Part shown: piece after piece, positions 18,773 through 27,342 of the stretch
How the letters are laid out: each line of letters opens with the position of its first letter
Numbering within the stretch: the stretch's first letter is position 1
Origin: Myxococcota bacterium
Lineage (GTDB): Bacteria; Myxococcota_A; Polyangia; HGW-17
Length of the DNA stretch: 64,000 nt
Reading direction: 5' to 3'
Assembly (NCBI GenBank): GCA_018817795.1
Contig: JAHITJ010000199.1
Span: 11,682 to 75,681, forward strand
Program-made: the position numbers and the translations under genes
The notes under the pieces: generated by a model
The model's input: the letters and a program-made list of their open reading frames with translations, nothing else
Told to the model about the DNA's origin: nothing
Databases searched by the model: none

Positions 18773-18788
18773 CTTGATCCGGATCAAG
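18773..18788 (-). promoter_or_regulatory. FNR/CRP-family (HcpR-like) operator: perfect palindrome CTTGATCCGGATCAAG upstream of hcp
   Basis: TTGAT-N4-ATCAA is the FNR consensus. The centre at 18780.5 lies 41.5 bp upstream of the start implied by a TATACC -10 candidate (18751-18746, minus strand). Confidence 0.55.
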
Positions 18789-18843
18789 CGTTTTGCAGAC
18801 GAAGGCAAAGAAGACCTGCAGATCTTGTACTTTTCAAGGGAGA

Positions 18844-19245
18844 CTACTCGACAAGAACGCGGGTTTCAATGGTGCAATTGAGCGAAGAGGCGACCGAGCA
18901 GTATTTCTCGTGGCTGAGGTACACGGCCCGCTCCAGGGCGGCCAACTTGACGTCGGGACCCGAACCGATGTGGGTGAGGATGATCTTCTCGTAGCGCATG
19001 GGATGTTCGGTGGCGCGATCTCCGTTGACCTCGATGCGGTAGGAGGCAAGCGGCTGCTTTTTCTTCTCCATGATCGACACGACGTCATAGCCGGTGCAGG
19101 CGCCCAGCGCGCCAAGCAGGGCCTCCATCGGGGAGCAGGACTGTTCGGGGTGGCCCGGGTCGAGCACAAAGGAGCCGCCCGAAGGGTTGAGGACGTTGAA
19201 GCGGCGCTCTCCATCGAGGGAGACAATCACGGATTTCTGTGTCAT
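18844..19245 (-). CDS. OsmC/Ohr family peroxiredoxin-like protein
   Basis: 133 aa; AGGAG 5 nt before the ATG. SPMEALLGALGACTGYDV and HEKYCSVASSL carry the two conserved OsmC cysteines. Confidence 0.8.
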   Translation of the reverse strand: MTQKSVIVSLDGERRFNVLNPSGGSFVLDPGHPEQSCSPMEALLGALGACTGYDVVSIMEKKKQPLASYRIEVNGDRATEHPMRYEKIILTHIGSGPDVKLAALERAVYLSHEKYCSVASSLNCTIETRVLVE

Positions 19246-19270
19246 TTCAACTCCTATCAGAAGGCAGGTG

Positions 19271-20077
19271 TCACCAGACGACGAAACTGATCCCGCCGGT
19301 CAGGATCACCACCTGGCCGGAAAAATCGGGGCTGGACGTGCAGCGGCGCATCGCCGAGCTCTCCTCGCACAGGGCGGTCCACTGCGGAAAGGAGATCTCG
19401 ACCCGGCCGAACACGCGCATCGAGTCGGAGACCCAGTAGTACAGCGTGGCGCCGGCGGACAGGTACACACCCTCGGCGCGCTGCTTGAGTTTGTCGAGTA
19501 TCAAGCCCTGGCTCACCCAGCCGACACGGGTGAACAGGCCGATCTCCCACGATTTCATCGGCGTCAGTTCGTCCTTGCGCGGCAGGGGGATGAGCACGTG
19601 CAGATCCACGGCCGGGGCAAAACCGGAGAACACCACCCCGCCGTTGAACAGCATCGATCCCAGGAACGAGCCGCCAAAAGCGAAGTATCGCCACGGACGG
19701 TAGAGACCGGTCACCTGGATCTGCGGTCCGACGTGGGAGGCGAGATCTCCGAGGCCGATGCCCGGTCCGAACACGCCCTCGATCTGGAACTTCGGCGTGG
19801 TCTTGGTGAACTTGACGAGAAAGCGATCCGTATCATACTCGTCGTTGCTCCGCATCAGGCCACCGCCGTCGCTGACCTGCTCGACCCGCTGGGGCACCGC
19901 CACCGCTGTCGCATCTGCTGTAGCCTCCCCCTCGGCGGGCTCGTTCCCCGCCTCCCCGTCATTGTCCATCATCACGGGTTCATCGTCCTCGCCGGGAGTA
20001 AAGGCCATGGCGACGGACACGTGCCCCGACAGCATCGAGGCAGCAATCAAACATTTCAGGAAAAAAGAACGTTTCAT
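19271..20077 (-). CDS. hypothetical outer-membrane beta-barrel-like protein
   Basis: Signal MKRSFFLKCLIAASMLSGHVSVAMA, acidic linker, alternating beta-strand pattern, C-terminal aromatic residue (...GGISFVVW). Confidence 0.5.
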   Translation of the reverse strand: MKRSFFLKCLIAASMLSGHVSVAMAFTPGEDDEPVMMDNDGEAGNEPAEGEATADATAVAVPQRVEQVSDGGGLMRSNDEYDTDRFLVKFTKTTPKFQIEGVFGPGIGLGDLASHVGPQIQVTGLYRPWRYFAFGGSFLGSMLFNGGVVFSGFAPAVDLHVLIPLPRKDELTPMKSWEIGLFTRVGWVSQGLILDKLKQRAEGVYLSAGATLYYWVSDSMRVFGRVEISFPQWTALCEESSAMRRCTSSPDFSGQVVILTGGISFVVW

Positions 20078-20168
20078 AGATTACCTTTCCACAAAATCAG
20101 CCGGTTGCAATCACCGACGGCTCGGAAAGACCCTCCAGCGGACATTTCCGGGCCAAGATGCGCAGGGG

Positions 20169-20918
20169 TCACGTTCCCGTCCCCAGCACCGCATCGGCCA
20201 GCCGTACGCACACCTCCGAAGCCGGCCCCTGCAGGAACACGTCCGTGAGCGTGGCCGTGTAGTGGCTCGGATGCAGGTTCACCTCGACGATGCGCGCGCC
20301 GTTCTCCTTGGCCGCCCAGGGCAGGGCACAGGCCGGCATGACCTCGCCGGTGGTGCCGATGACCAGAAACGCGTCGGCCTCCATGGTCTGGAAGGATGCG
20401 GCCAGGGACGCCTCCCGCGGGATGCCTTCGCCGAAGAAGACGAAGTCCGGCTTGAGCAGGCCGCCGCAACGCACGCAGAACGGGGGCGGTTCAGAAAGAT
20501 CAACATCGGAGAGTTTCCAGACCTTGCCGCACTGCAGGCACACCATCCGACGCGAGGACCCGTGGTACTCGATCACGTGTTTTGAGCCGGCCTCCTGATG
20601 AAGGTGATCAATGTTCTGTGTAATCACAGCCCTCACAATACCGGCCACCTCCAGCCTGGCGACGGCGAGATGGGCGGCGTTGGGCTCTGCGCCTCCCATA
20701 AAATCGTAAAATATTTCCTTGATTAATTTCCAGGACGCCACCGGGTCCCGGAAGAACACCTCAAGTTCCAGAAAAGAAGGGTCCACCTTGTTCCAGAGTC
20801 CGTCCGGACCCCGAAACGGCGGAATACCGCTCTCCACGGAAATCCCCGCGCCTGTGAACACCACCAGATGGCGTGCATCACGCAGAATCCTGCAGGCCTC
20901 GTCAAATTGCGATGGCAT
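20169..20918 (-). CDS. cobB: NAD-dependent protein deacylase, Sir2 family (CobB-type)
   Basis: VVFTGAGISVESGIPPFRG, TQNIDHLH, Zn ribbon CLQCG...CVRCGGLLKPDFVFFGE. Confidence 0.85.
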   Translation of the reverse strand: MPSQFDEACRILRDARHLVVFTGAGISVESGIPPFRGPDGLWNKVDPSFLELEVFFRDPVASWKLIKEIFYDFMGGAEPNAAHLAVARLEVAGIVRAVITQNIDHLHQEAGSKHVIEYHGSSRRMVCLQCGKVWKLSDVDLSEPPPFCVRCGGLLKPDFVFFGEGIPREASLAASFQTMEADAFLVIGTTGEVMPACALPWAAKENGARIVEVNLHPSHYTATLTDVFLQGPASEVCVRLADAVLGTGT

Positions 20919-21145
20919 GGAATAGTCTCCCGGGTCGCTGCGTTATAGTGAGGACCTTCCGCAACGCCGGGAGCCACATTACCACCGGAGTACGGTGTCG
21001 GACAAGACATGAATCCCCGCAGAGATTATATTGACGACTGGTTCGAATTCTGTTAGTGAGACCTGACTTCACCGGCTTGGCACGTCCCCGGGACCGTGTT
21101 TATTTAATTCACACACGGATTTGCGACGTGGAAAGGAACTGTTCA

Positions 21146-22861
21146 ATGAAATCGTTTGTATCTATTTTACTGAGTCTGACTTTTGTCGCGGCTTTCGCCT
21201 GTGAGCGGATGCCCAAGGAGAAGAAAGGCGCCCCCGCTCCGGCCGAAGGCCAGACAACCGCGCCCAAGGAAGCTGCCGGTCCGAAGGCCCTGAAGGTCGA
21301 GTTCTACGTCATGAGCCAGTGCCCCTACGGCGTCGAAGTCGAAAACGCCGTGAAGCCCGTGCTCGACAAGATCGGCAACCTGATCGACTTCAAACTGGAC
21401 TACATCGTCAACCCCCTGCCCGACGGCTCCTTCAAGAGCCTGCACGGCCAGCCCGAGGTCGACGGCAACATCGTCCAGCTCTGCGCCAACAAGTACGCCC
21501 CCGAGAAGTTCTGGGCGTTTTTGGGCTGCCAGAACAAAAACATGCGTGACGTGCACAACAACTGGAAAGCCTGCGCCGAGCAGAACGGCCTTGACGTTGC
21601 CAAGCTCCAGGCGTGCAAGGAAGGCCAGGAAGGCAAGGACCTGCTGAAGGCTTCCGGCGAGCGCGCCCAGGCCGCCAAGGCCGGTGGCAGCCCGACGATC
21701 GTGGTCAACGGCAAGCCCTATGCCGGCGGCCGCTCCACCAACGGCTTCATGCGCGCCTTCTGCGAGCAGTTGCCCGCCCCGAAGCCGGCCCCCTGCGCCG
21801 ACATCAAACCGCCCCCGGTGGTCAACATCGTGTTCGTGACCGACAGCCGCTGCAAGGAATGCGCGAAGTTCGAGCGCGGCCTTGAGCAGGTCAAGCGCAT
21901 GGTCGCCGGCGCCGTGGTGAAGAAGGTCGACTACACGACCGAAGAAGGCAAGAAGATCTACGACGAAGCCAAGCTCACCATGCTGCCCGCCCTGCTGGCC
22001 GACGAGAACCTGAAGAAGGACGAGGAAGCCTATCCTCGTCTGGCCCGCTTCGCGACCCCGGCCGGCTCCTGGCTGATGCTGAAGGCCTTCCCGCAGGTCT
22101 TCGACCCCAAGGGCGAGATCTGCGACAACACCACCGACGACAACGGCGACAACCTGATTGATTGCGCCGACCCCACCTGCCGCTTCAACGCCGCTTGCAT
22201 GGAAATCTGCGACAACAAGACCGACGACAACAAGAACGGCAAGATCGACTGCGACGAGCCCGACTGCGCCTTTGACTTCGCCTGCCGCAAGGAAGTCCCC
22301 AACACCCTCGAACTGTTCGTCATGAGCCAGTGCCCCTACGGCGTGAAGGCTTTCGACGCGATGAAGGAAGTGCTCAAGAACTTCGGCAACAAGATCGACT
22401 TCAAGGTCTACTTCATCGCCGACAAGGTCGGCACCGGCTTCAACGCCCTGCACGGCCAGCCCGAAGTGGACGAGAACATCCGTGAACTGTGCGCGATGAA
22501 GAACTACGCCAAGGACTTCAAATACATGGAGTACATCTGGTGCCGCAACCCGCAGATCCACAACCCCGACTGGAAGGGCTGCGCCAAGGACGGCATCGAC
22601 CCGGCCGTGATCGAAGCCTGCTTCAACGGCGAAGAAGGCAAGAAGCTGCTCGAAGACAGCCTGCTGGTCGCCAAGATGAGCAAGGTCGGCGGCTCCCCGA
22701 CCTGGATCGCCAACGGCAAGAACAAGTTCTCCGGCATCGACGCCGAGACCGTCAAGACCGAGTTCTGCAAGTACAACGACAAGGTGTACGCTGCCGAGTG
22801 CAAGAACACCCTGACGAAGAACACGCAGATGCCCGCCGGCGGCGGCTGCGGCGCCAAATAG
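21146..22861 (+). CDS. lipoprotein with duplicated DsbA/thioredoxin-fold modules and Cys/Asp-rich repeats
   Basis: ORF 21056..22861 trimmed to ATG 21146. MKSFVSILLSLTFVAAFAC lipobox. Two paralogous modules begin FYVMSQCPYGV / LFVMSQCPYGV and end GGSPT(I/W)..NGK. Central CKEC segment. Two CDNxTDDNxxxxIDCxxPxC repeats. Confidence 0.65.
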   Translation: MKSFVSILLSLTFVAAFACERMPKEKKGAPAPAEGQTTAPKEAAGPKALKVEFYVMSQCPYGVEVENAVKPVLDKIGNLIDFKLDYIVNPLPDGSFKSLHGQPEVDGNIVQLCANKYAPEKFWAFLGCQNKNMRDVHNNWKACAEQNGLDVAKLQACKEGQEGKDLLKASGERAQAAKAGGSPTIVVNGKPYAGGRSTNGFMRAFCEQLPAPKPAPCADIKPPPVVNIVFVTDSRCKECAKFERGLEQVKRMVAGAVVKKVDYTTEEGKKIYDEAKLTMLPALLADENLKKDEEAYPRLARFATPAGSWLMLKAFPQVFDPKGEICDNTTDDNGDNLIDCADPTCRFNAACMEICDNKTDDNKNGKIDCDEPDCAFDFACRKEVPNTLELFVMSQCPYGVKAFDAMKEVLKNFGNKIDFKVYFIADKVGTGFNALHGQPEVDENIRELCAMKNYAKDFKYMEYIWCRNPQIHNPDWKGCAKDGIDPAVIEACFNGEEGKKLLEDSLLVAKMSKVGGSPTWIANGKNKFSGIDAETVKTEFCKYNDKVYAAECKNTLTKNTQMPAGGGCGAK

Positions 22862-22947
22862 TTCTTTCCTCCCCGTTTCCCTCCCCGTATTCCTTTTTGT
22901 AAATAAAGAAAAAATTCAATAATTACAGAGGCAAATCCCAGCCCGTA

Positions 22948-24351
22948 TCACAGTTTGTATTGGACCTGGTATTCAGGAACGGTGCAGGACCAGCCGCGGG
23001 AGGAGGTGAGGTCGGCCGCGAGGGCGGCTGCGGACTCGGGGTCCCCGTGGTTGACGAACACCTGGCGCGGAACGTTCTTGATGGAGGACATCCAGCGCTG
23101 CAACTCTTCGTGATCTGCATGACCCGAGAAGCCGGAGATTTTCTCGATTTTTGCCTTCACCGGGAGGAACTCCCCGAAGATGCGCACCTCCTCGGGGCCG
23201 TCGAGGATCTGGCGCCCCAGCGTCCCCGGAGACTGGTAGCCCACGAAAAGGATGGTGCTCTCGTGCCGGGAGATGTTGTTGATGAGGTGGTGCTTGACGC
23301 GACCGCCCGTGCACATGCCCGAGCCAGCGATGATGATGGCCACGCCGCGGATCTGATTGATCGCCTTGGACTGCTCCACAGTCCGGCTCAGCGTCAGACC
23401 AGGGAAGTCGTATGGGGAGATCCCGTTCCGCAGCAGCTCCACGGTCTCCGGGTCGAACAACTCCGGGTGCTTGCTGAAGATCTCCGTCACCTTCACCGCC
23501 ATCGGGCTGTCGACGAACGTAAGCAGCGGCGGAATGCGCTTCTCCCGCAGCAGACCGGTGAGGTGGTACAGGATTTCCTGCGTCCGCTCCACGGCGAAGC
23601 CCGGAATCACGATGTTGCCGCCCCGCCGGTGCGTGTCCATGATCACGCGGGCCAGCTCGTCGGGAATGCTTTCCACGGTCCCATGGGTGCGGTTGCCATA
23701 GGTGGACTCGACGATCAGGACGTCGGCGTGCTCGAACTGGTGGGGATCATTGATGATCGGCAGGTTCAGCCGGCCGACGTCGCCGGAGAACACGACCGTG
23801 AGGATCTCACCACCCTGCTCGAGGGTCAGTTCGATCATGGCCGAGCCGAAGATGTGCCCGGCCTCGTGGAAACGCGCCGTAATGCCCGGAGCCACCTTCA
23901 CCGGCGTCGCATAGGGGGCCGGAACGAACAGCGGCACCGTGTCCTCCACGTGTTCCTTGGCATACAGTGGTTCATACGGGAAAGGACTGATCTTGCCCTG
24001 CTTCTCGTGACGACGCTTCTTCTTGCGCATGTCCTCTTCCTGCAGGTAGGCGCTGTCGAACAGCAGGACGCGGGCGATCTCGAGCGTCGCGGGCGTGCAG
24101 AACACCTTCCCGCCGAAGCCGTCCTTCACCAGTTTTGGCAGCCTGCCGCAGTGATCCAGGTGGGCATGCGTGAGCAGGACCGCGTCCACGCTGCCCGGGG
24201 CCACGAAGAAAGGCTCCCAGTTGCGCGACTGCAGGGCGCGTTCCTGAAACAGTCCGCAGTCGATCAGGATCCGGTGTTCACCCAGGCGCAGCAGCGTGCA
24301 CGATCCAGTGACGTTGCCGGCCGCTCCCAGAAAGGTCAGTTCCACATCCAT
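22948..24351 (-). CDS. metallo-beta-lactamase / beta-CASP family RNA-metabolising hydrolase
   Basis: ORF 22948..24510 trimmed to ATG 24351 behind GGGAGGA. HAHLDHCG (HxHxDH), beta-CASP middle region, C-terminal SGHADHEEL motif. Confidence 0.8.
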   Translation of the reverse strand: MDVELTFLGAAGNVTGSCTLLRLGEHRILIDCGLFQERALQSRNWEPFFVAPGSVDAVLLTHAHLDHCGRLPKLVKDGFGGKVFCTPATLEIARVLLFDSAYLQEEDMRKKKRRHEKQGKISPFPYEPLYAKEHVEDTVPLFVPAPYATPVKVAPGITARFHEAGHIFGSAMIELTLEQGGEILTVVFSGDVGRLNLPIINDPHQFEHADVLIVESTYGNRTHGTVESIPDELARVIMDTHRRGGNIVIPGFAVERTQEILYHLTGLLREKRIPPLLTFVDSPMAVKVTEIFSKHPELFDPETVELLRNGISPYDFPGLTLSRTVEQSKAINQIRGVAIIIAGSGMCTGGRVKHHLINNISRHESTILFVGYQSPGTLGRQILDGPEEVRIFGEFLPVKAKIEKISGFSGHADHEELQRWMSSIKNVPRQVFVNHGDPESAAALAADLTSSRGWSCTVPEYQVQYKL

Positions 24352-24445
24352 GTCATCCTCCCGGTGTGAAGTACCGGGCGCGGATGCGGCCGGCCGGACC
24401 AGACTACCACAGAGCCAGGTGACTCCGGCAAGCTGAAAAGCCTTT

Positions 24446-25858
24446 TTACCGTTTGTTCGGTGCTTCGTGATCCCGGTGGAGGGATTCTTCGACCTTGCGC
24501 AGGTAGGCATCCACGTCCAATTTACGAGCCAGCCCCCTCGGGGTCATGGATCGGACCGCACCAAACACGGGGCGGCGACCGAAGGGACGATCATGCAGTC
24601 CGAACACCCAGGCCACCCCGACGGTGCCGTTGGGGTCGCGACCGTCGAGGAAGTACCGGTTGTTCCACCGCAGCAGCGTCGTGAAGGCCTCGCGCCAGTG
24701 GGCGCTCCAGAGCAGCACCTGCTTGCCCCAGTACATCCGCAGGTAATTATGCATGGTTCCATGAATCTTCATGGCCGTCATCGCAGCGTTCCAGACGGGA
24801 TCGGGTGTGTCGCAGGCCTCCATCCTCTCCTCCGAAAGGACGTCACCATACGGCATGGCGTGCTCGTCGAGCGTCTTCTGAGCCCAGGCCGGCACCATCG
24901 CCGGCGTTCCGTAGCCGGCAAGGAAGCGGGCCGCGTTGATCGCCAGCTCCCGGCGCACGATCAGTTGCTCCAGGAACGCTGTGATGCCAGGTCCACGCTC
25001 GAACTCACCGCCGGGTCCGCCGGCGGCCTGCATGCAGGCCAGCGCCACCTCGACCGGTCCGATGTGTCCGAAGTGGAGCCAGGCGCTCAGGTCCGACGAG
25101 ACATCCAGATCGGCGCGGTGATGGTTCTGGGCGTAGTTCTCCAAGTGATTTTCGATGAAGATGCCCAATCTCGCCCGCGCCGCAGCCTGTCCTCCGCGGA
25201 TGACACGTACCGGCGCCAAGTCGTCAACTCCCAGGCTCCGCATCAGGGAACCGGCATCCTCGATCTCGACGCCTTCTTGCGGCGGAGAGCCCGCTGGACC
25301 GCTCAATCCGGGTTCAACCTGCGGCTGCAGGAATTCCGGCAGCATCCGATGCACGGCCGGCCGGATGGTGCGCGCGCCAATGTGGGCGTGATCGGCCAGC
25401 AAGGCCGGAGGAATGACCGCGTCGCCCTCGACGGCCAGCGCTGCGCAGTCCACCCGGGCGCCGACGGCCGCCCGAAGGGCCCGTCCGAACGGCTCAGGGT
25501 GCTCGTCGCACACCAGGATCCCGGCCCCGGCGGCCGCCTCCAGCACTTCGGGCAGGAACTGTCCGATCCGCACCACCAGTGGAATGGCGCGTTCACGCAG
25601 CACCTCCCGCACCTCGGACAGACCCTCGAGCAGGAATGTGAAGTGCCGAGCGTTCGCTTCCGGATACCGTCCGTCAAGCACACAGAGTACCCACAGACCC
25701 GAGCGCCGTTCGTTGGCCAGTTCGATGGCCAGCGCGAGGGCGGGATTGTTCCAGCCCCGCTGCGAGCGCTGCATCCAGTACAGGACGGGGCGGCCAGGTT
25801 TCGCAGGGCGGCCGTTCAGGGGTCGGATCAGGCGTTCTGGACAGGATCGTGGACTCAA
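24446..25858 (-). CDS. phr: deoxyribodipyrimidine photolyase, class II-like
   Basis: 470 aa. PVLYWMQRSQRGWNNPAL N-terminus and FAD-binding C-terminal half (YWGKQVLLWS, GVAWVFGLHDRPF). The only in-frame start upstream of the conserved N-terminus is TTG at 25858, which overlaps the stop of the upstream gene. Confidence 0.8.
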   Translation of the reverse strand: MSPRSCPERLIRPLNGRPAKPGRPVLYWMQRSQRGWNNPALALAIELANERRSGLWVLCVLDGRYPEANARHFTFLLEGLSEVREVLRERAIPLVVRIGQFLPEVLEAAAGAGILVCDEHPEPFGRALRAAVGARVDCAALAVEGDAVIPPALLADHAHIGARTIRPAVHRMLPEFLQPQVEPGLSGPAGSPPQEGVEIEDAGSLMRSLGVDDLAPVRVIRGGQAAARARLGIFIENHLENYAQNHHRADLDVSSDLSAWLHFGHIGPVEVALACMQAAGGPGGEFERGPGITAFLEQLIVRRELAINAARFLAGYGTPAMVPAWAQKTLDEHAMPYGDVLSEERMEACDTPDPVWNAAMTAMKIHGTMHNYLRMYWGKQVLLWSAHWREAFTTLLRWNNRYFLDGRDPNGTVGVAWVFGLHDRPFGRRPVFGAVRSMTPRGLARKLDVDAYLRKVEESLHRDHEAPNKR

Positions 25859-27342
25859 TCCCCCACCATGTTCTCTTCCTGGAAGGAGCGCATGCGTATG
25901 GCACGGCCGTCGGTGTCCGTGTCGGCATGGGATGTGTCCTCCCAGCCGAACCAGAAGAGGTCTCCACGGGACAGGCAGACCGGACGCGTCTGGTGACCCA
26001 TGGAAGTGAAGGGAATCGCAAACTCTCCGGAGGCGGGCGTTCCGTCAACGGCGAAGCGACGAGCCACGATGCCTGCACCGTAGCCGTCGAGGGAGCTCCA
26101 GTCCTCCCAGACCACCAGGAAGCCGCTCGAAAGAGGACACAGCGCGGGCTCGATCTGGCTGGTCTGCATCGTGTCGTTGGCGAGGAACTCGTCTGCGGCT
26201 GGCGCGAAGGAGCCATCGAAGCGACGGCAATGCACGCCCCACTCCCAGAGATCGTAGGTCGCGCTGTTGTCGATCCAGCAGGCGACCAGTCCACCGGCGT
26301 GGGACAGGATCACGGGGGTCGCCTGCCGACCTGCTGTCAGCAGGTTCAGTCCGAACGTCGTCTCCGTGCTGCCGTCTGCCGCGAGGACCACGGCGGAGAC
26401 CCCGCCGCTGGCGGCATCAAAGGTTCCGGAGGTGTCCTCGTAGGCCACGAGCCAGCGGTTGCCGGAGATGGGCGTCACCCGAGGACGGATCTGCAGCCCG
26501 GCGGTCGGAATCGCGAGGGTGAACTCCCCGCTGTCACCGGTGATGCCGTTGACCTGCGGAGCTCCGGTCTCGTCGAAGAAACGACCGTGCAGGTCGGCTC
26601 CGCCCTCTCCGGAGGTGTCGGCCCAGACCAGCAAAAAGATCCCCAGCGGATTGGCCGCCGCAGCCACGTGCAGATCCGGCGCCGTGAACGATGAGTCCAC
26701 CTGGAACTCGGAGACGATCCCGGCCCCCGAGAACGACAGAATCCTGGCGCGCACGCCGGCCTCGAAAGTGGCTCCGCTCTTCTCGTTGATCCACGCCACA
26801 AGCAGGTTATCGCCGCTGTTGGCGCCCGCGGCCGAGTGCTGGTTGCCACCACCCACCACGTTGTTCACGGTGATCTCCCCGGTCTTGCGTCCGTCGGCGG
26901 CGAAGCTGGCCATGCGGATGCCCGAACCACCTCCGTCGGCACCACTCCAGTCGGTGTAGAGCAGCACAAAGTCACCCGAGGCCTGGGCCGAACCCACGAA
27001 TACCGGATCCTCCTGATCGCGCACATGCGCATCGTTGGCCACGAAGTCCACACCGTCGGCGAGCGTGCAGGAGGCGTTGCAGCCATCTCCGGACCTCGTG
27101 TTGCCGTCGTCGCAGACCTCGCCCTCCTCGAGGGCGCCGTTGCCACACTCGGGGGGAAGGACGACATCGACGTCGGGGGCCGCATCGATGAGATCCCCAT
27201 CGGCGTCAGAAACGTCGTCGGGCACATCCGGCTGTGCATCCACTGCTGCGTCCCAGTCATAAAAACCTGTCTCGCCCGTGCAGCCGGCCATGAAACCCGT
27301 AGAAATTGTTAATAATATTATAAACAAAATACGGCGTTTCAT
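25855..27342 (-). CDS. lipoprotein with myxobacterial-type cysteine-rich repeat and beta-rich repeats
   Basis: MKRRILFIILLTISTGFMAGC lipobox. CGNGALEEGEVCDDGNTRSGDGCNASC is the Cys-rich repeat seen in myxobacterial secreted proteins. The rest is repetitive and Gly/Asp/Trp-rich. Confidence 0.7.
   Translation of the reverse strand: MKRRILFIILLTISTGFMAGCTGETGFYDWDAAVDAQPDVPDDVSDADGDLIDAAPDVDVVLPPECGNGALEEGEVCDDGNTRSGDGCNASCTLADGVDFVANDAHVRDQEDPVFVGSAQASGDFVLLYTDWSGADGGGSGIRMASFAADGRKTGEITVNNVVGGGNQHSAAGANSGDNLLVAWINEKSGATFEAGVRARILSFSGAGIVSEFQVDSSFTAPDLHVAAAANPLGIFLLVWADTSGEGGADLHGRFFDETGAPQVNGITGDSGEFTLAIPTAGLQIRPRVTPISGNRWLVAYEDTSGTFDAASGGVSAVVLAADGSTETTFGLNLLTAGRQATPVILSHAGGLVACWIDNSATYDLWEWGVHCRRFDGSFAPAADEFLANDTMQTSQIEPALCPLSSGFLVVWEDWSSLDGYGAGIVARRFAVDGTPASGEFAIPFTSMGHQTRPVCLSRGDLFWFGWEDTSHADTDTDGRAIRMRSFQEENMVGD

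Noticed and set aside
20169-20918. SIR2-domain gene, considered as a defence (Thoeris/DSR-like) effector
   Set aside because: It is a compact 249-aa canonical CobB-type sirtuin with the Zn-ribbon CxxC...CxxC and NAD motifs. It has no fused sensor domain, no ThsB/TIR partner, and a housekeeping-type context.
21078-21092. TGGCACG upstream of the thioredoxin-like lipoprotein, sigma54-like -24 element
   Set aside because: There is no TTGC-type -12 element at the required spacing (the sequence there is CCCGGG).
22868-22888. Direct repeat CCTCCCCGT twice in the convergent gap after the thioredoxin-like gene
   Set aside because: It is short, has no dyad symmetry or associated T-tract, and is plausibly chance in pyrimidine-rich 3' non-coding DNA.
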